Under the pieces are notes generated by a model that ran no database searches, had not been told where the DNA came from, and saw nothing but the letters and a program-made list of their open reading frames with translations. The position numbers were made by a program, and so were the translations under genes. A stretch of 64,000 nt of DNA, from positions 4,256,001-4,320,000 of the forward strand of contig CBDIID010000003.1 of assembly GCA_965279515.1 (NCBI GenBank), given 5' to 3'. This document shows, piece by piece, positions 37,792 through 48,420 of the stretch. Every line of letters begins with the position of its first letter. Position 1 is the first letter of the stretch. The stretch comes from Turneriella sp. Lineage in GTDB: Bacteria; Spirochaetota; Leptospiria; Turneriellales; Turneriellaceae.

Positions 37792-39240
37792 TCAGCGGTC
37801 GATGCCACCATCGCGGTTTAATTTCAGGATAAAGCCGTTTTGCCTGCCGTTTTCGAAAGGCAGCATTACGGATACTTCCGTGGCATTTTCAATCGGCCCG
37901 ACCGGTGCTTTACCCGAAACCAGGATACTCCCCTCAGGGCCCGGCTGCATATTGCCTACCTTCACAATCCCGCCGCCGCCAAGACTCGTATGCCAAAGCA
38001 GACTACCTGCTGTGTCACTTTTCATGATTTTGATGCCCTGACCCGGGGGCGGTGTGAGAACCGAATTACGACCGTGCAGCGTCGCTATCGGCCCGAGGCT
38101 ATTCGCCGCGGATAAATACTGATTATCTATGAAGACAAGGCGTTTGCCCTGTATGTCGGCCAACGCGTCGCCGTGTATCGTAAACCAGCTCAAGGTACCG
38201 GCAGCGGTATAACGCGCGAGAATAGCTCCGGTGCGTCCCGCAAAACCGCTGACCTGGGGCGACAAGCCTGCGATAACCGGGGCTGCCGCGTTCGTCTCTC
38301 CGGTGACGAAAATGTCACCTGCATCGCTGACGGAGAGCGCCGAGAGATTTTCGACAGAGGTATTCGCTCCAAAATAAGACAGCCATATCAGGCTTCCGCT
38401 GCCGGCTAAGCGCGCGAGAAAACCATCACGGGCGCCGGTGAATCCCGGAATGGACGCGACGGGGCCTGCAGAACTGCCGGTCACGTAAATATCGCCATTC
38501 TTCTGGAAAACCGCCCCTGGCGAATCAGCGTTGACCGAACCCAGAAAGGTATGCCAAAGGGGGGCGCCACTCGCGCTGACCTTAAGTACCTGAATATCGG
38601 CGGCATTCGAGTACGGCAAGATCGGGGGGCCCGCGATTGTGGAGGTGCCGTCGGTCGAGAGCAAAAGGATAAATCCACCGTCATCCGCCAGTGCCATATC
38701 GTTCGGGATTTCATTTGCCGCGGCACCCAAATGGGTGAACCATTCGACGGCTCCGGCGGCAGACAATTTGATGAGGACGGGATCAATAGAAGCCTGAAAC
38801 GCCCGAATGGGAGTCACCCCACCCATGGAGTTAATGCCGGTATTCGTCCATCCTAAAACAATGCAGCCGCCGTCGGGTGTTTCCCGAATCGCCGTGGCTT
38901 CATCCTGTCCGGGGCCGCCCAGATAGGTATGCCAGAGCTTTTCACCCTGGCGGTTATAGCGTGCAATCAGCAGGTCGGATACAGTGAAGGGTAAAAGCGG
39001 TGTCCCCGCAATGGCGGAGGACCAGGCAACGTTTGCGGAGTCGGTAACCAGAAAGCCGCCGTCTGCAGTCGTGTGCAGACTGACATTCGGGCTGCTGTTC
39101 GATAAGCCGCCGATGTAGGTCAGAAAGGATTTTTCGAGCGGTTTTTCCGACGGCGCAGGAGTCTCCGGTATTTCCCAGAAGTTGCCGAACTGCCGGCAAT
39201 TCAAAATAACAAAACCGAACAAGAAAACGCAGACCCGCAT
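37792..39240 (-). CDS. Beta-propeller repeat (SBBP-like) lipoprotein
   Basis: Repeated G..LWHTYLGG and DIYVTG units; ILNC lipobox. Confidence 0.75.
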   Translation of the reverse strand: MRVCVFLFGFVILNCRQFGNFWEIPETPAPSEKPLEKSFLTYIGGLSNSSPNVSLHTTADGGFLVTDSANVAWSSAIAGTPLLPFTVSDLLIARYNRQGEKLWHTYLGGPGQDEATAIRETPDGGCIVLGWTNTGINSMGGVTPIRAFQASIDPVLIKLSAAGAVEWFTHLGAAANEIPNDMALADDGGFILLLSTDGTSTIAGPPILPYSNAADIQVLKVSASGAPLWHTFLGSVNADSPGAVFQKNGDIYVTGSSAGPVASIPGFTGARDGFLARLAGSGSLIWLSYFGANTSVENLSALSVSDAGDIFVTGETNAAAPVIAGLSPQVSGFAGRTGAILARYTAAGTLSWFTIHGDALADIQGKRLVFIDNQYLSAANSLGPIATLHGRNSVLTPPPGQGIKIMKSDTAGSLLWHTSLGGGGIVKVGNMQPGPEGSILVSGKAPVGPIENATEVSVMLPFENGRQNGFILKLNRDGGIDR

Positions 39241-39299
39241 TCCCTTATCGTTCTCGCCCAAGCAAAAAAACAACCATAGCCGGGATTTTCCGCTTTCAG

Positions 39300-39665
39300 G
39301 TGCCGGCGCTGGATTTAAAAGAGCTTCTGAAACCAGCCTTCCGCAATGACGAAGAAAATATTGCCGCCTCTTACCTGCGCAGGCAGGGTTTCACCGTGCT
39401 ATCGCGCAACGACCGACGTTTTGGTGCGGAGTTGGATTTTCTCTGCGCGCTGAAAGAAGCAGACGAACTGTTTATTTTCGAGGTGAAAAAGAAGCCGCGG
39501 GCACGTTCCGCAGCGTATCCGAGAATTTCGGCGGCGCAGTTAAAGAAGCTCAAAAAGGCGGCGCTGAAGATTCAGACGACAGCAGATAAATTCATTACGG
39601 TGAGGATATCCCTGCTGATTGCGGATAAAACGACGGGCAGAGTTGAGCTGATCCCCGATATCTGA
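39300..39665 (+). CDS. YraN/UPF0102 family PD-(D/E)xK protein
   Basis: E..AASYLRRQGF.VLSRN...ELD...FEVK. Confidence 0.8.
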   Translation: MPALDLKELLKPAFRNDEENIAASYLRRQGFTVLSRNDRRFGAELDFLCALKEADELFIFEVKKKPRARSAAYPRISAAQLKKLKKAALKIQTTADKFITVRISLLIADKTTGRVELIPDI

Positions 39666-40784
39666 CTACCTCTTATCAAGCGGAATATATTTCAGATTTT
39701 TTTTACCGGTATAGACACCGCGCGGGCGTATCAGTTTGTTCTGCGTATACTGCTCGGCGATGTGCGCCAGATAACCGGCGTTGCGCGCGATGGCAAAGAT
39801 GCAGGTAAAAATATCGGCCGATAGTCCCATGAGATAGAAGGCGAGTCCCGAATAATAATCCACATTGGCGTGCAGCTTTTTGCGTTTCAGCATCTCTTGC
39901 TCGAGCAGTTTTGCGGTTTCAAAGAGCGCTTTCTCATTGCCCTGCGTGGCAAGCCCCGCACAAAGTTCGCGCAGAATCGGTACGCGCGGGTCGCCGTCTT
40001 TGTAGACACGGTGGCCGAAACCCATGACGATTTCTTTTTTCCTGAGCCGGTCGGTCAGGTACTCATCGACCGCGTCGGGTTTTGCAATCGTCAGCAGCAT
40101 TTCGATCGCGCGCTGGTTGGCGCCGCCGTGCAAATTGCCTTGCAGTGTGCTCACCGCTGAAACAATACAGGAATATGTGTCCGCCTGCGTAGCGGCTGTT
40201 GTGCGCGCGGCAAAGGTTGAAGCATTGAGTTCGTGTTCTGCATAGAGAATGAGCGTCGTTTCAAGGAGGCGCGCCGTCTTTTCATCGGGCATCGTGCCTG
40301 TCAGGCAGTACAGAAAATTCGCGGCGAGATTCAGATCTGCATGTGCTTCGACATGCGCCTTGGCATTGCGGTGGCGTGCAATCGCCGCGACGATGAGGGG
40401 CATCTTGGCAATCAGCCGGATTGCCTTGCGGCGCTGCGCCGGGGGGCTCATATCGGCGGCTTCGGCATCGTAGAGTCCGAGCGATGAAATGAGCGTACGC
40501 AGCACCGCCATCGGATGCGCCTCGCGCGGCACATGGTTGATATGTTCGATAATTTCGCGCGGCAGGCTGAACTCGGCCTTCAGCGCCACGTTGAATTCAC
40601 GCAGCTCCTGCGCCGAGGGTAGCGCATCGTTCCAGAGCAAATATACGACTTCTTCGAAAGTCGCCTGCGCCGCGAGATCGACGACGCTGTAGCCGCGGAA
40701 GCGCAGGCCTTTCTGGTCGATTTCACAGATCGATGATTCCAAAACTTCGATATCTTCGAGCCCGGCGTGGTGGTCTGTGGACAT
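39666..40784 (-). CDS. Citrate / 2-methylcitrate synthase
   Basis: EHELNASTF, LHGGAN, MGFGHRVYK.GDPR and ANVDYY. Confidence 0.92.
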   Translation of the reverse strand: MSTDHHAGLEDIEVLESSICEIDQKGLRFRGYSVVDLAAQATFEEVVYLLWNDALPSAQELREFNVALKAEFSLPREIIEHINHVPREAHPMAVLRTLISSLGLYDAEAADMSPPAQRRKAIRLIAKMPLIVAAIARHRNAKAHVEAHADLNLAANFLYCLTGTMPDEKTARLLETTLILYAEHELNASTFAARTTAATQADTYSCIVSAVSTLQGNLHGGANQRAIEMLLTIAKPDAVDEYLTDRLRKKEIVMGFGHRVYKDGDPRVPILRELCAGLATQGNEKALFETAKLLEQEMLKRKKLHANVDYYSGLAFYLMGLSADIFTCIFAIARNAGYLAHIAEQYTQNKLIRPRGVYTGKKNLKYIPLDKR

Positions 40785-40805
40785 ACTGCCCTCTGCAAGG
40801 CGGCG

Positions 40806-41912
40806 CTATCGCGGCAAGCGTTTTGCCCTGAGCCAGCTTAGGCTGGCCTCTGTGACGCGGTCGACCGGAATGCTGCGGTAAGATTCTTCATCGCGCTTAA
40901 AGATATCTGAATGAAAACCCGGCGTGCCACGCACCACGAGATTTTCACCGCCCAGGGGACCCCAACGTATCGGATCGGCCCAACCCATGAGCGTGAGTGT
41001 CGGTACGCGGGTGGCTGAGGCGATGAACTGCATCGAACTTGTATTCGTGACGAGCGCGGCGGCGCCTTTTACAATGTGAAAGAGTTCGCTTAACCCCTTG
41101 GGTTGTAAGATGGTGTTTTCACCCGCGGCTTCGTTGAGCCAGTCGGTCTCTGACGGTGAACCGATGATGCGGATTTCATAGTCGCTGACATTCTGTGCCA
41201 GAAATTCGGCCAGCGCACGGAAATTTTCCGCGGGCCATGCCTTGTCGCGGCGGCTGGCGGTGGGGTTGATCAGGATGTATTTCTTCGCAGCCAGTTTGTA
41301 TTGTGCGAGCACTTCCGGCGTATTTTCCGCAAGAGTCATTTCCGGAAGGGGGTCACGGTTGAGCCTTTCATACGTGATCGCATTTGCTTTTTCCTGCAGC
41401 GGCTTACGGTTGCGCCGCCACGTGCTATAGGTGCCGGCGGATGTAGGTGGTGCCGCAACAATCGCATTCAGCCAGTCGCGTTCATGGATCGGCGGTTCTT
41501 CGCCCAGCCAGCCATACCAGTGCGTGAAAAGGAACCGGAAAAACCGCGGCGAAGACCCGTAACGCACCGGCACGCGCGCAAAAAATGCATGCCATGAGTA
41601 ACGCAACGATTCAAACCGCAGATTATAGAGTGTTGCGGTACTACAAGCGAGCTTGTAGAAGGTCGTTGTCACTCCCGTGTTATGCCAGCCATCCGCCCAG
41701 GAGAATTTTTCGAGTTGGTATTTTTCTTTCAGCACAAACACGGTGCGGATATTCAGCTGCGGGTATGCGCGCAGGACCTCGAGCCAGAGTGCATTGCCGC
41801 AGATGACAATTTCTTTGCCGGGGTGCGCACGCACGACTTTTTCGAGCGCCGAAAGCCCTACCAGTATATCGCCCAGGGCGCCCAATCTAAGGAATACAAT
41901 TTTGTCGCGCAT
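40806..41912 (-). CDS. Glycosyltransferase family 9 (heptosyltransferase-like)
   Basis: LRLGALGDI, KAWPAENF and RWGP. Confidence 0.85.
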   Translation of the reverse strand: MRDKIVFLRLGALGDILVGLSALEKVVRAHPGKEIVICGNALWLEVLRAYPQLNIRTVFVLKEKYQLEKFSWADGWHNTGVTTTFYKLACSTATLYNLRFESLRYSWHAFFARVPVRYGSSPRFFRFLFTHWYGWLGEEPPIHERDWLNAIVAAPPTSAGTYSTWRRNRKPLQEKANAITYERLNRDPLPEMTLAENTPEVLAQYKLAAKKYILINPTASRRDKAWPAENFRALAEFLAQNVSDYEIRIIGSPSETDWLNEAAGENTILQPKGLSELFHIVKGAAALVTNTSSMQFIASATRVPTLTLMGWADPIRWGPLGGENLVVRGTPGFHSDIFKRDEESYRSIPVDRVTEASLSWLRAKRLPR

Positions 41913-42013
41913 CGGCAGTTACCGCCGTAACAGATGGAAACGCGGACAAGTTGAAAATGTTTAATAAGTTCTCGACATGCCCCGGCCCTTTTGACTTTTT
42001 GCCGACTTTATTT

Positions 42014-42751
42014 ATGGAATCCACGGATTTGCACGTCTATACCACATCGCATCTTTTCACGAGGATGCAGGAGGTATTGAGGACTTTAAAGGAAAAAAAT
42101 CCCGGCTGGCGCACTGCGCTCGATGCCCCTGCGGGGGCGGGTGCGTTTACGCGGTTTCTCGCGGAAGATCTGGGGCTGAAGACCGAAGCCAGCGACATCG
42201 ACCCTGCAAAGTGGACCTACAAAAAAGTGCGCGCACAGAAGGCAGACCTCGGCCGCAAACTGCCGTACGCTGACCGTAAATTTGATGTCGTGGTCTGTCT
42301 TGAAGGGCTCAAGCATGTTTCGGACGTATCGACTGCGATCAAAGAACTGTCACGGGTGCTTAAACCCGGTGGCACGATGGTTCTCACGATCCCGAATGAT
42401 CTCTGTCTCGAAACCCGTCTCAATTATTTTTTCAATGGTTTTGTCGATACTGACTGGAAGCTCATGGATGTCGCCGACGAAAATGTGAAATCCTTCCTTT
42501 ATGTGCGCTCGCTGGTGCAATTGCCCTATCTGTATTTCTTTCTCGATGAGAACGGGCTCAGGTTAACCGAAAGTTATGCTTCGCGGCACCGCAATTTCAG
42601 CCTTTTCCTGATGTTTTTGTTTTATCCTTTTACCTGGCTCAGGACCCGTAAAGCGTGTCCGCCCAAGCATCCCCTTTACAAACATATGCTGTCGAAGGCC
42701 TGGCTGACCGGCCGGCACTGCATCATTGTCTGCGAAAAGAAAGCCGAATAG
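42014..42751 (+). CDS. Class I SAM-dependent methyltransferase
   Basis: LDAPAGAG, LPYADRKFDVV and RVLKPGG. Confidence 0.85.
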   Translation: MESTDLHVYTTSHLFTRMQEVLRTLKEKNPGWRTALDAPAGAGAFTRFLAEDLGLKTEASDIDPAKWTYKKVRAQKADLGRKLPYADRKFDVVVCLEGLKHVSDVSTAIKELSRVLKPGGTMVLTIPNDLCLETRLNYFFNGFVDTDWKLMDVADENVKSFLYVRSLVQLPYLYFFLDENGLRLTESYASRHRNFSLFLMFLFYPFTWLRTRKACPPKHPLYKHMLSKAWLTGRHCIIVCEKKAE

Positions 42752-42802
42752 CCCGATTGCTTTTCGGTTTGACGGCCGGTTTTGCTTTCAGGGCGCTATT
42801 CA

Positions 42803-43393
42803 ATGCACTTGCGTTTTTTCTCCCTGATTGCCCTGGTGGTATCAGCCGTGGCCTGTAAGACGGGCGCAGCGACGGGGATGTCCATTACCCCCAACCATCC
42901 GATTGAAGCCGGCAATAGCACGGCGCCCATCCCTTCGGACGGCGATATTGAAGCGATGCGCGAAGCGTTCTTCGCGCGCGAGGCCGAAAACGAAGAAGTA
43001 TACCGCGTTTTCGTAACTTCAGATGGCTACACGCGCAAACAAATAGCCTTCCCTGAAAGTATCACGCTTAAAGAAGACAAAGCCGGCGACCAGGCGATCG
43101 CCGATGAGATCAAACGATTTGATATGGTCAACAGCCTGCAAGAAGGCCAGATACGCGTCGAGCTCTACCCCACAACGGGAAAATTCTACCGCGTGCGCCA
43201 GGCAAAGCCTTCGATCATGAAAGAAACCGATAGGATCATGAGCGATGATATCACGCGCTGGCAGTTCCAGTTCCCCAAGAACCAGATTATCCCCAAAGAT
43301 TTTCATGTCAGCTATCAGGTGTTGTTGCGCCGAAAGATCACCCGCGAACAGGCGCTGAAAATTCTCAGCGAGCAGAATAAAAAGAAGAAGTAA
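42803..43393 (+). CDS. Hypothetical lipoprotein, possibly with a TonB-C-like C-terminus
   Basis: AVAC lipobox; VRQAKPS...DITRWQF. Confidence 0.6.
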   Translation: MHLRFFSLIALVVSAVACKTGAATGMSITPNHPIEAGNSTAPIPSDGDIEAMREAFFAREAENEEVYRVFVTSDGYTRKQIAFPESITLKEDKAGDQAIADEIKRFDMVNSLQEGQIRVELYPTTGKFYRVRQAKPSIMKETDRIMSDDITRWQFQFPKNQIIPKDFHVSYQVLLRRKITREQALKILSEQNKKKK

Positions 43394-43397
43394 GCGG

Positions 43398-43739
43398 ATG
43401 CCAGACGCAGAAAAAAAAGAAATTATCATCCGTGTAGGCCTCGACAAAGACGCGATACCGGAATCGATATCGTGGCTTGCCCCCGGTGCCTCGAAGGGTG
43501 AAGAAAAAGCCGAGGCGTTTATGCTTTCGATCTTCAGCGGCGACGAGAAATCTACCCTGGGCATCGACCTCTGGACGAAAGAAATGCTCGTCGGTGACAT
43601 GAATATTTTCTTTTACCAGGCGATGAAAAAGATGGCCGATGTACTCGAACGCGCAACACAGGATAAAGAAGCTGCACAGATGGTACGCGATTTCAGCCGT
43701 GAATTCGGCAAGAAAGTCAAGCTCCTGAAAGATTCATGA
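43398..43739 (+). CDS. gldC: GldC-family protein
   Basis: V.LD...PESI.W.A...A.MLS...IDLWTKEM...RAT.D pattern. Confidence 0.75.
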   Translation: MPDAEKKEIIIRVGLDKDAIPESISWLAPGASKGEEKAEAFMLSIFSGDEKSTLGIDLWTKEMLVGDMNIFFYQAMKKMADVLERATQDKEAAQMVRDFSREFGKKVKLLKDS

Positions 43740-45076
43740 TCGCTGCGCTCGGCATCCTCTGCGTCATTGCGCTGTTTTTCGGGATGCCTTTGTTTATCGG
43801 CCTGGGCACGCTCGGCACACTCTACCAGTTCAATAATACCACCGCACTGGGTGCCGGAACTTTCGGCGAAATCTCGCGCCAGCTGACAGTTGTATTCAGC
43901 GACCCGCTCTCAAAGCTCACAGGCGACCAGAGTGCGCTGTTTTTGACAATTCCCTATTTTACCCTCACGGGTTATATCATTGCACATTCGCAGTTCGCTT
44001 CGCGCGTCGTCAGTCTCTACCTGATATTCATGAAGCGTGTCGGTAAGGTTGGCACCTTAGGTCTCGGCATTGTCTGCATTGTTATCGCCGCGCTTTTTAC
44101 TCCGCTCACCGGCGCATCGGGTGTGACGATCGTCGCCATCGGCGGTATCCTGTTTCCGATTCTGACCGGGGCTGGTTACAGCGAGAAACGCGCGCTGGGA
44201 CTCATCACCGCCTCGGGCTCGATTGGCCTGCTCTTCAGCCCCAGCCTGCCCGTGATGCTGTTCGGCATCATGAGCGACAATAAGGCGGATATCAACGAGC
44301 TCTACCGCGCGGGCGTATTGCCGGGGCTGATACTCCTCATCGCGCTTTCCGTCGTCGTACTGATCAATTCGTTCAAGAGTGAAACAGCTTCTGAAGAGGC
44401 GCTGCGCAAACATCTTTCGGCAGCGGCATTTACGCTGAAAGATGGTCTGAAGCTGACAGCAGAGCTTGCCGCAATTCCGCTGCTCTATTTGCTCATGCAT
44501 TCGCGTTTTATGGTGATCACCGAGCTGGGCGTATTTTTCCTGCTCTACTATTTTCTGCTCGAAGTTGTGTTTTTCCGTGAGATCGGCTTAAAAAAGCTGA
44601 TTGCGGTTTTTGAAGAGGCGATCTCCATGATCGGTTCGATTATCCTCATTATCTTCTTCGCGATGATTCTGACGAATGCATTGCTGTACGATGGTGTACC
44701 GGCAAAGCTCTTCGGCTTCATCAGCCAATATATCCACTCGCCGTTGACCTTCCTGATGCTGCTCAATGTGTTTCTGCTGGTCGTCGGCGCGCTGATGGAT
44801 ATTTTTTCAGCGATTATTGTCATTGTACCGCTGATAATCCCCATTGCGGAGAGCTATCAGATTCCGATGCTGCATTTAGGAATTCTATTTCTGACGAATC
44901 TGGAAATCGGTTATCTGACGCCGCCGGTGGGGCTCAACCTGTTCTTAAGTTCGCTGCGTTTCCAGAAACCGATGAGTGACATCTATAAATCTATTGTGCC
45001 GTATCTGATTGCACTCCTCATCGCGCAGCTCGTCATCACGTATGTGCCGTGGCTTTCCCTGTGGTGGAAAGGCTAA
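43736..45076 (+). CDS. dctM: TRAP transporter large permease (DctM)
   Basis: SGSIGLLFSPS and NLEIGYLTPPVGLNLF. Confidence 0.9.
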   Translation: MIAALGILCVIALFFGMPLFIGLGTLGTLYQFNNTTALGAGTFGEISRQLTVVFSDPLSKLTGDQSALFLTIPYFTLTGYIIAHSQFASRVVSLYLIFMKRVGKVGTLGLGIVCIVIAALFTPLTGASGVTIVAIGGILFPILTGAGYSEKRALGLITASGSIGLLFSPSLPVMLFGIMSDNKADINELYRAGVLPGLILLIALSVVVLINSFKSETASEEALRKHLSAAAFTLKDGLKLTAELAAIPLLYLLMHSRFMVITELGVFFLLYYFLLEVVFFREIGLKKLIAVFEEAISMIGSIILIIFFAMILTNALLYDGVPAKLFGFISQYIHSPLTFLMLLNVFLLVVGALMDIFSAIIVIVPLIIPIAESYQIPMLHLGILFLTNLEIGYLTPPVGLNLFLSSLRFQKPMSDIYKSIVPYLIALLIAQLVITYVPWLSLWWKG

Positions 45077-45085
45077 GGCCGGGGT

Positions 45086-46297
45086 TTAAACTTTCGCCAG
45101 GGCCTGTTCGAGGTCGGCAATTAAATCTTCGGTATCTTCGAGCCCTACCGAGAAACGGATGAGATTGTCGAAGATGCCTTCTTTGAGGCGTGCCGCCGCG
45201 TCCATGTCGTAATAACTCATCACCGAGGGCTGGTGGATGAGCGATTCGACACCGCACATCGAGGCGCCGAGTGTCGGAATCCTTAATGATTCGATGAGCG
45301 TTGTCGATGCCTTCATGCCGGCTTCCTGTGAGGCATCTTTGCCTTTTACCTGAAACGAAACCACACCGCCGCCGCCTTTGAGATATTTTTGCGCGAGCGG
45401 CAGTTGTGTGTTGGATGATACAAGCGGATACCAGACTTTTTGTATTTTGGGGTGTTTGTCGAGGTACTCAGCGACAGTCAGTGCCGAACGGTTATGTTCG
45501 CGCATACGTACGGCGAAAGATTTAATTCCGCGCGAAACCAGGAAGCAGAGATGGGGGTCCGGATTCGAGCCGAAAAGGCCGCGCACGCTGCGCACCTTCT
45601 CGATGAGTTCGGCGCTGCCCAAAACCGCGCCGGCGATGGCGTCGTTGTGGCCGTTGAGGTATTTCGTCAGCGAGTGAGTGATGAGATCGACACCCAGTGA
45701 CAGCGGGTTGCAGTTCAGCGGTGATGAAAGCGTGGCGTCGACCAGAGTCAGGATTTTCTTCTCGCGTGCGAAACGGACGAGCTCCTGGAGGTCTATGAGT
45801 TTCAGGTAGGGGTTGGTCGGAAACTCCAGGAAGATTACTTTCGTTTGGGGAGTAACCGCCGCCTTGATGGCCTCGAGATCGACCGGCACATAGCTGAATT
45901 TAAGGCCCAGGCGCGCGAGGTGCTGGTCGAACATCTTGAAGGTGCCGCGGTAGCCTTCGCTGAGCGTCACCATGTGGTCGCCCGCGCTCATCACTGCGCA
46001 GATCGCTGAGGTGATGGCATTCATACCGCTGGTTGTGACAACCGCGTCTTCAGCACCTTCGAGCGCGATCAGCGTTTCTTCGAGCGAACGCTGCGTCGGC
46101 GTGCCATAGCGCGAATATTCGGCGAGCCGGTCCGATTTTTTCAGGTAGAACGCCCAAAGGTCTTCTACCCGGTCGAATTCATAACTCGCTGTCTGGTAGA
46201 TCGGCGTTACGAGCGGGCGGTGGGGGTCGCCGCTGTTGTCGTGGCCGGCGTGTATCGCCCGCGTCGAGATGCCTTTTTTGATATCCGTCTTTTTCAT
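45086..46297 (-). CDS. Cystathionine gamma-synthase / trans-sulfuration PLP enzyme
   Basis: YSRYGTPT, EFPTNP, HSLTKYLNGHND and IRFSVGLED. Confidence 0.9.
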   Translation of the reverse strand: MKKTDIKKGISTRAIHAGHDNSGDPHRPLVTPIYQTASYEFDRVEDLWAFYLKKSDRLAEYSRYGTPTQRSLEETLIALEGAEDAVVTTSGMNAITSAICAVMSAGDHMVTLSEGYRGTFKMFDQHLARLGLKFSYVPVDLEAIKAAVTPQTKVIFLEFPTNPYLKLIDLQELVRFAREKKILTLVDATLSSPLNCNPLSLGVDLITHSLTKYLNGHNDAIAGAVLGSAELIEKVRSVRGLFGSNPDPHLCFLVSRGIKSFAVRMREHNRSALTVAEYLDKHPKIQKVWYPLVSSNTQLPLAQKYLKGGGGVVSFQVKGKDASQEAGMKASTTLIESLRIPTLGASMCGVESLIHQPSVMSYYDMDAAARLKEGIFDNLIRFSVGLEDTEDLIADLEQALAKV

Positions 46298-47619
46298 TTT
46301 TTTGCGTCCAGGAATTTTGCCACCGCGTCTTTGACTGAAGAGAGTGATGCCTTTAGATCGACAGGGGTATTTTTATGCGCTGTCTGTGATTTCTCCGAAT
46401 GGTAGTTGATTTTGAAGTCGGCAAATTTGAGACCGTGGGCGGTTGAGACAACGCAGACCGACTCATTGTTTTTAATCGTGCCGGCTTTTTTGAGTTTTTG
46501 AAACGCCGCTAGCGCGACACCGGTGTGCGGGTCGACGAGCAGCCCACTGCGGTCGCCGAGTGCCGCCGCGTCGGCAAGTTCGGCTTCAGATGCCTGTTCG
46601 ACGACACCGTTAAATTCTTTGAGTGTCGCGATTGCCTTTTTTATGGAAACCGGATTGCCGATACGGATCGCGGATGCCTGTGTTTCACCGGCTGTCATCG
46701 CCGTGAAATCGGCAAAATTCTTTTTATAAGAAAGGTAGAGCGGGTTTGCGGCTTCGGCCTGCGCCACCGCGATCTTGGGCAAAGAATTCACAAGACCCAG
46801 CTCATAGAGCATCTTGAGCCCGGCGCCCAGTGCTGAAACATTCCCGAGATTGCCGCCGGGAATAATAAACCAATCGGGTAGCTGCCAGCCGAGTTGCTGC
46901 GCGACTTCGATGCCGACAGTCTTCTGGCCTTCGATGCGCAGAGAATTCATCGAGTTAGCGAGGTAGATATCTTTCTCTTGCGTCAGCTGCTGCACGATTT
47001 CCATGCAGCCATCGAAATCGGTTTCGAGCGCGAGCACGAGCGAGCCGTTTGCAATCGGCTGCATCAGCTGCGCGAGCGAGATCTTGTTTTTCGGCAGCAG
47101 AATCACGCTGAGGATACCCGCGTAAGCGGCATAGGCAGCGAGCGCCGCCGAAGTATCTCCCGTTGAGGCGCAGGCGATCGCGCGGATCGGCGCGCCTTTT
47201 TTGATCATGTGATTGACCTGCGAGACGAGCACAGTCATGCCGAGATCTTTAAACGAGCCGGTATGGCTGTTGCCGCAGAGTTTTACAAAAAGTTCATCGT
47301 GGCCGAATTCCCTGGAAAGTTGTTTGCCTGAAAAGAGCGGTGTCGCGCCTTCGCCGAGCGAGATGATATCTTCTTTGGGGATATCCGGCAGCACCCATTC
47401 GCGTTTACCCCAGATGCCCGAGGCATCGATTTTATCCTGCGAGCGCCAGCGCTTTTCAAACAGTTCGCGCCAGTCCTGTGCGGATTTCTTCTTCAGAACG
47501 CCGGCATCGTGGCGCACTTCGAGCAGGTCGCCGCTTTTAGGGCAGCGGTAAATAACTTCGTCCAGCGAGTAGTGCTCGCTATTGACAGGGTTGATACTTT
47601 GAAACCAGGCATTGGCCAC
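46294..47619 (-). CDS. thrC: Threonine synthase
   Basis: HTGSFKDLGM, CASTGDTSAA and PGGNLGN. Confidence 0.93.
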   Translation of the reverse strand: MANAWFQSINPVNSEHYSLDEVIYRCPKSGDLLEVRHDAGVLKKKSAQDWRELFEKRWRSQDKIDASGIWGKREWVLPDIPKEDIISLGEGATPLFSGKQLSREFGHDELFVKLCGNSHTGSFKDLGMTVLVSQVNHMIKKGAPIRAIACASTGDTSAALAAYAAYAGILSVILLPKNKISLAQLMQPIANGSLVLALETDFDGCMEIVQQLTQEKDIYLANSMNSLRIEGQKTVGIEVAQQLGWQLPDWFIIPGGNLGNVSALGAGLKMLYELGLVNSLPKIAVAQAEAANPLYLSYKKNFADFTAMTAGETQASAIRIGNPVSIKKAIATLKEFNGVVEQASEAELADAAALGDRSGLLVDPHTGVALAAFQKLKKAGTIKNNESVCVVSTAHGLKFADFKINYHSEKSQTAHKNTPVDLKASLSSVKDAVAKFLDAKK

Positions 47620-47751
47620 GGTCCATCGTGAACCGGCAGGCGAAACAGGCGGACAAGAACATAACCCGTTGGGGCTTTGGTATTCTGCGACCTGCCGCGC
47701 AGGCCACAGTAAAATAGCTTACAGCCGCAGCGGCCTGGCCATAAGGTACCC

Positions 47752-48387
47752 ATGCGCCCACTGATCGTCGCCCTGTATTTTACCTGCGCCGGCGGATTCA
47801 TCGCCTCGTTGCCCTTTGCCCCTTACACAGGCAGCTTTATAGCAAAGGCAATCCCCATACTTATATTGCTTTTTGCTGCAGTCACGGCCGCGGATTTTCG
47901 CGGTAAGTTTGCGCTCATTGCAGCCATCATCTTTTCCGGTGCCGGTGATGTCATTCTCGACCTGGGTTTTCAGGGTTCTTTTATAGCCGGATTGATCGCG
48001 TTTCTGATCGCGCATCTCTGGTACATCGGTCTTTTCGGTCTCGACGTCTTAATCCGCCGTATCCGGTTTTTGCCGACGATTCCCGCGGTGATTTTTCCGT
48101 TAGCCATGGCTGTCTTTCTCTGGCCACACCTCGGGCCGCTGAAGATTCCCGTGGCGGTTTATGTCACGGCCATTGCCACAATGCTGGTTTTGGCAATCAA
48201 CCGGCAGAGCGGGGGCAGGGGCGTTATTTTGGGGGCAAGCTTCTTTCTAGCCTCGGACACCATTCTCGCACTGAACAAATTTTATGCCCCCCACCCGGCG
48301 GCGGGTTATGCGATTATGGCGACATATTACCTCGCGCAGTACCAGATTGTGGCGGGTATCCTGAAAGAAAAAACATCAATTAAATAA
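47752..48387 (+). CDS. YhhN / lysoplasmalogenase-like membrane protein
   Basis: GDVIL, FLIAHLWY, FLASDTILA and TYYLAQ. Confidence 0.88.
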   Translation: MRPLIVALYFTCAGGFIASLPFAPYTGSFIAKAIPILILLFAAVTAADFRGKFALIAAIIFSGAGDVILDLGFQGSFIAGLIAFLIAHLWYIGLFGLDVLIRRIRFLPTIPAVIFPLAMAVFLWPHLGPLKIPVAVYVTAIATMLVLAINRQSGGRGVILGASFFLASDTILALNKFYAPHPAAGYAIMATYYLAQYQIVAGILKEKTSIK

Positions 48388-48420
48388 TTTTCAGTATGAC
48401 ATGGGATTTTAAGCCCATCC

